Under the pieces are notes generated by a model. That model saw only the letters and a list, made by a program, of their open reading frames with translations. It was not told the DNA's origin and did no database searches. Below, in pieces: positions 60,957 to 64,000 of a stretch of DNA of 64,000 bases (within the stretch, counting starts at the first letter, position 1; each line of letters starts with the position of its first letter). This DNA is from Pocillopora damicornis (lineage: Eukaryota), in NCBI RefSeq assembly GCF_003704095.1, contig NW_020847750.1:372001-436000 (forward strand). Direction: 5' to 3'. The position numbers were made by a program, and so were the translations under genes.

Positions 60957-62703
60957 GAAAAAGTACGTTGTAGATAAAACTTCGAACTGAGTACACAATG
61001 TAAGCGCAATAAATACAATTTAATAAATAGTTTGATAGGATCAAAAACTTAATTCATGTAAGAATTCTTAAGAATGCTTAAGGCAATGCCTATTTATCCA
61101 ATAAACTGTCTCTTGGATTAACTCTCGTTTCAGCTCTCACTGTCCGATTCTTGACCAGACGGTTTATTGGAGAGTATGATGAAAGTTTAGGTGAGTGGCA
61201 AACTAAAGCCCCCAAGTACAGCTCCTACTTCACTATGAGTACAGCATCTAACTCAAACCTATCCCCTCCTTCCACCGTCAACTCATCCATCGACCATTCG
61301 AGATTCTCAACGGAGTTAACCATAAGCCGTAAAAGGGCCAAAAAGTTCAGCGGTTAGACGTAAAAATGGTCACTTTTTTTACCCTTAGTTGTAGAAAAAG
61401 TTAACCGTAATTTTTTTTTCAATCGCAACGGAAAGAAGTTTGCCGTAAGCCGTAAGAACCCCACAGAGACCTTAAGTCCTCTTGATTCGATAATGGGCAA
61501 CCTAAAAACTGTGAAAAATTATTTTGCACAAGTTTACATCAGACAAATAAATGTGGGTCCGCGAAGAAAACCTCATAGCGTCTCTCCCTTTTTTACTTTA
61601 ACCAGCTGAAACGAGGACTTAATATCTGACAGTTTTTTCTTTTACAACCTGCATTTCTTTTGAACAAGATACTGTAATTGATGTCATACATTGAACAATG
61701 TTTGGTATGGGCGAGATTGGATCGAGAAATTTTCCTAATGTTCGTCTCCGTTTTTATTCAATTTAATAGAGATGACATATCGACATCACATGACACTGGA
61801 TGGGCAATACCTAGCCCTTGACATCATGGACACGGCCGGAGAGGTAAATTTCATATGCATAATCAAATTGACGAGTTAGAATAAAAAAAGAAGTGATGCG
61901 TATACCACTCCATCATTAAATAACCGGAAACATATCACAACTCTTTCGCAAAGGTTCGCGTAAGGTTCGCGTAATGTTCGCGATGGCCCCGAAAGAGCTG
62001 CAAGTCCAACAAAGTGGTGATCACACTGCCGTATGTTAATGTTTCCCCGATAGTCCGCTGGTATCCACTTAAACCCCTGGGTGGGAAATATCACTGTAAC
62101 AGTGAAATGTTTTGCTCTCAAATTTTCTTCATACAACCGAGCAAGGCTACAAAACAGTCCTCTCGGACTACAATCCACGAGCCATGAGGTCAAAGTTTCC
62201 GGAGAACTAAGCACTGGGCCACCGCCCCCAACTCAACAAGGCAGGTCATCAACTACAGTAATTATTATTTTTCTTTCCTCCAGAATACGACACAGAAGTT
62301 GGAGAAATGCGCATCTTTTGGGGAAGTTTTCTTTATTCTCTTCTCTATCACTGATAGAGTTTCATTTTTGGAGGCGAAACGTTTGGGGAAATACATACAA
62401 GGAGTGAAAGACAATGATTGTGTTATGATTCTAGTTGGTACAAAGACAGACCTGTGTCGTTACAGAAGAGTCTCGAGAAACGAAGGGTATGAATTTGCTA
62501 GGGAAATAAGGTCTGTATTCTGCGAGATTTCAGTCTCGGAGGGATTCGTCGAAACAAACTCTCTATTGAATGATTCACTGAGACTGCATTTGAGCAATAA
62601 AACCGACCAGGAAAATGGCGACAAAGAGAAAGCGGGTCCTCTGTCCAGGATGAAAGAAGGTTTTAAAGGGATCTACACAAGGAGAAAGTCATGTTCACTT
62701 TAA
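57933..62703 (+). CDS. RASL11/RASL12/RERG-like small GTPase, paralog 4 (~213 aa)
   Basis: Exons 57933-58023 (MRRKR...VVLGLDGVGKS), 61134-61190 (ALTVRFLTRRFIGEYDESL), 61770-61843 (EMTYRHH...DTAGE) and 62284-62703 (...VGTKTD...SVSE...RRKSCSL*). Confidence 0.92.
58160..58268 (+). mobile_element. SINE 3' fragment
   Basis: gatggactggtgtcccatccgggggg...tagcaata...ttcatgctacggga resembles a common cnidarian tRNA-derived SINE (recall). Related decayed pieces at ~11700-11930 (+) and 62040-62230 (-). Confidence 0.5.
60890..60955. repeat. (TTA)n microsatellite
   Basis: About 17 perfect tta units; produces the spurious poly-Asn ORF. Confidence 0.95.
61300..61472. repeat. Dispersed repeat/MITE with recurring ccgtaa units
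   Basis: gttaaccataagccgtaaaa...gttaaccgtaa...gccgtaagccgtaag. Confidence 0.45.
62040..62230 (-). mobile_element. Decayed tRNA-derived SINE, 5' part
   Basis: cgctggtatccacttaaacccctgggtgg...cactgtaacagtgaaatgttttgc...ctaagcactgggccaccgc resembles the reverse complement of a cnidarian SINE head (recall). Confidence 0.5.
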
Positions 62704-62759
62704 ATATTCTAAGACTGGCTTTGATGTATTATTGTATCGCGCTTAGGAACAAGGCAACA

Positions 62760-63040
62760 CCTGGGGAGGGGGGAGGTGGCGGAACATTTTGGGGGATCAC
62801 ATGGTTTTCAGGAGGAGTGGAGGGGGAGTGGGGGGTCAGTCGTCACCAACAGAGTATAAAAGGGGGGTAACGATTGTAGAGAATCGACTCCCAAAGGGAA
62901 GGGGGGAGAGAGGTCGTCAAAAGAATATTACAGAGCCTTATGGTGTTATCTGGTAAATTTTATCATGACACATCCAAAATCCACTGACCCCCCCCCCCCC
63001 TCCCTCCCTCCCCCCAGGCGAAAAACGATGACAGGTCCCA
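62760..63040. mobile_element. MITE-like repeat with G-rich left end and C-rich right end
   Basis: cctggggaggggg at the left and ccccc-caggcg at the right form imperfect inverted ends just after the paralog 4 stop. Confidence 0.55.
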
Positions 63041-64000
63041 AATAAAAGATTGAGTACTTCTAGTGGAACTAACGCATCAAATCATAAAGTCAATTCTAAG
63101 AATCAGCCTGTTCAATACGGAAGAACATTCCAACCGGTCATTTCTAAAAAAAAAAATGACAATTGGCCTTGATTCAATCAAGAGAGTCTCGCTATTTTGG
63201 AAATGAAAATTGATTTGAGCGAAAAGTTTGCTTGTGTTAAGTTTTAGCTTGGTGAAGGCAGCTTGTTTGAGGTCAATGCTATCTAAGTTAGTGTAAATAG
63301 TAGGCAAACAAAAAAAAGCGGTACTGATGTTCTAGGATAGTATGTTGTCACGCATTGAGATATTGCGTGACGGTAAAAGTGGTAACTGCAATAAAAAACA
63401 ATCTGAGTTTTGTCTACATACAACGCGTGGGGAAAAGTAAACTTGGGTGAATCACTCGAAGGATGGAAGAGCCATGCCTGAATTTTCTATTAAACGAAAT
63501 ACTACGAGGAATCTCCAGAACAAAGACGGGAAGCAATGCAAGAGATCGAAGCTGGTCGGTTCAGAATTGCGCAGTTAGCGCGCGTTTCGCTATTACACTA
63601 GCTCGATTTGGGGACGGACAGAAGAAGTCAATGTCATTTCTACACGTACTTTTTACCCTTCCTTGACCTAAATTCAGCTTTAACGTAGCATCCATTCTCC
63701 TGATGGACAAAATAGAGTTGTTTTAAACTATGTCGCCCGCTTGTTTGAAAATGCCAACCGAACGTCTCGAAGGAATCATTCAGCTCTCCGAGCTGGCTAT
63801 TGTTTTTGACTCTATCAAACACCAACTGGTAGATATTCCATTACATTTTAAAACCGCTCAATGAACATGTAAAATAAATTTCAACTCACCGAGAATCCTT
63901 TTTGTCGACTTTAGTCGGGATCTGGGAGACTTGTTTGTCACGCTTGTTTTTCGCGCTAAGTTGTCACGTCACCTTTGTCAAATGTAATGTCACACAAAAT

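Noticed and set aside
60811-61044. Poly-Asn ORF, and YIYI ORFs at 7739-8200 and 33064-33441
   Set aside because: Translations of microsatellites.
62689-62703. CaaX prenylation signal in paralog 4 (SCSL)
   Set aside because: The Cys is third from the end, not fourth.
63640-63900. Possible minus-strand exons at the window end
   Set aside because: A donor-like gtgagt near 63889 and a short ORF exist, but there is no recognisable protein or consistent gene model.

Overview
AT-rich, intron-containing animal DNA. The gene families and repeats look like a scleractinian coral, possibly Pocilloporidae (inference). Most ORF-track entries are spurious or single exons. Hand-splicing with GT-AG and phase consistency gives nine genes. 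(1) A mirror-symmetric four-gene block at 3.6-17.5 kb: neuropeptide-receptor-like class A GPCR (+), small secreted Cys-containing protein (-), its paralog (+), second GPCR (-). This looks like an old inverted duplication of a GPCR + secreted-protein unit. (2) A three-exon selenoprotein MsrB1 gene (-, 29910-26978) with an in-frame UGA (Sec100) and a SECIS hairpin, inside a strongly CpG-depleted, MITE-filled gene body. (3) Four tandem RASL11/RASL12/RERG-like small GTPases (+, 32.2-62.7 kb). All have Asp at the Ras G12 position, three have K/E at the Q61 position, three have TKxD for NKxD, and none has a CaaX box. Repeats include Penelope-like element ends with degenerate minimal hammerhead ribozymes, piggyBac-type and other MITEs, SINE and LINE fragments, a 43-bp minisatellite and microsatellites. 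No rRNA, tRNA or CRISPR array was seen.
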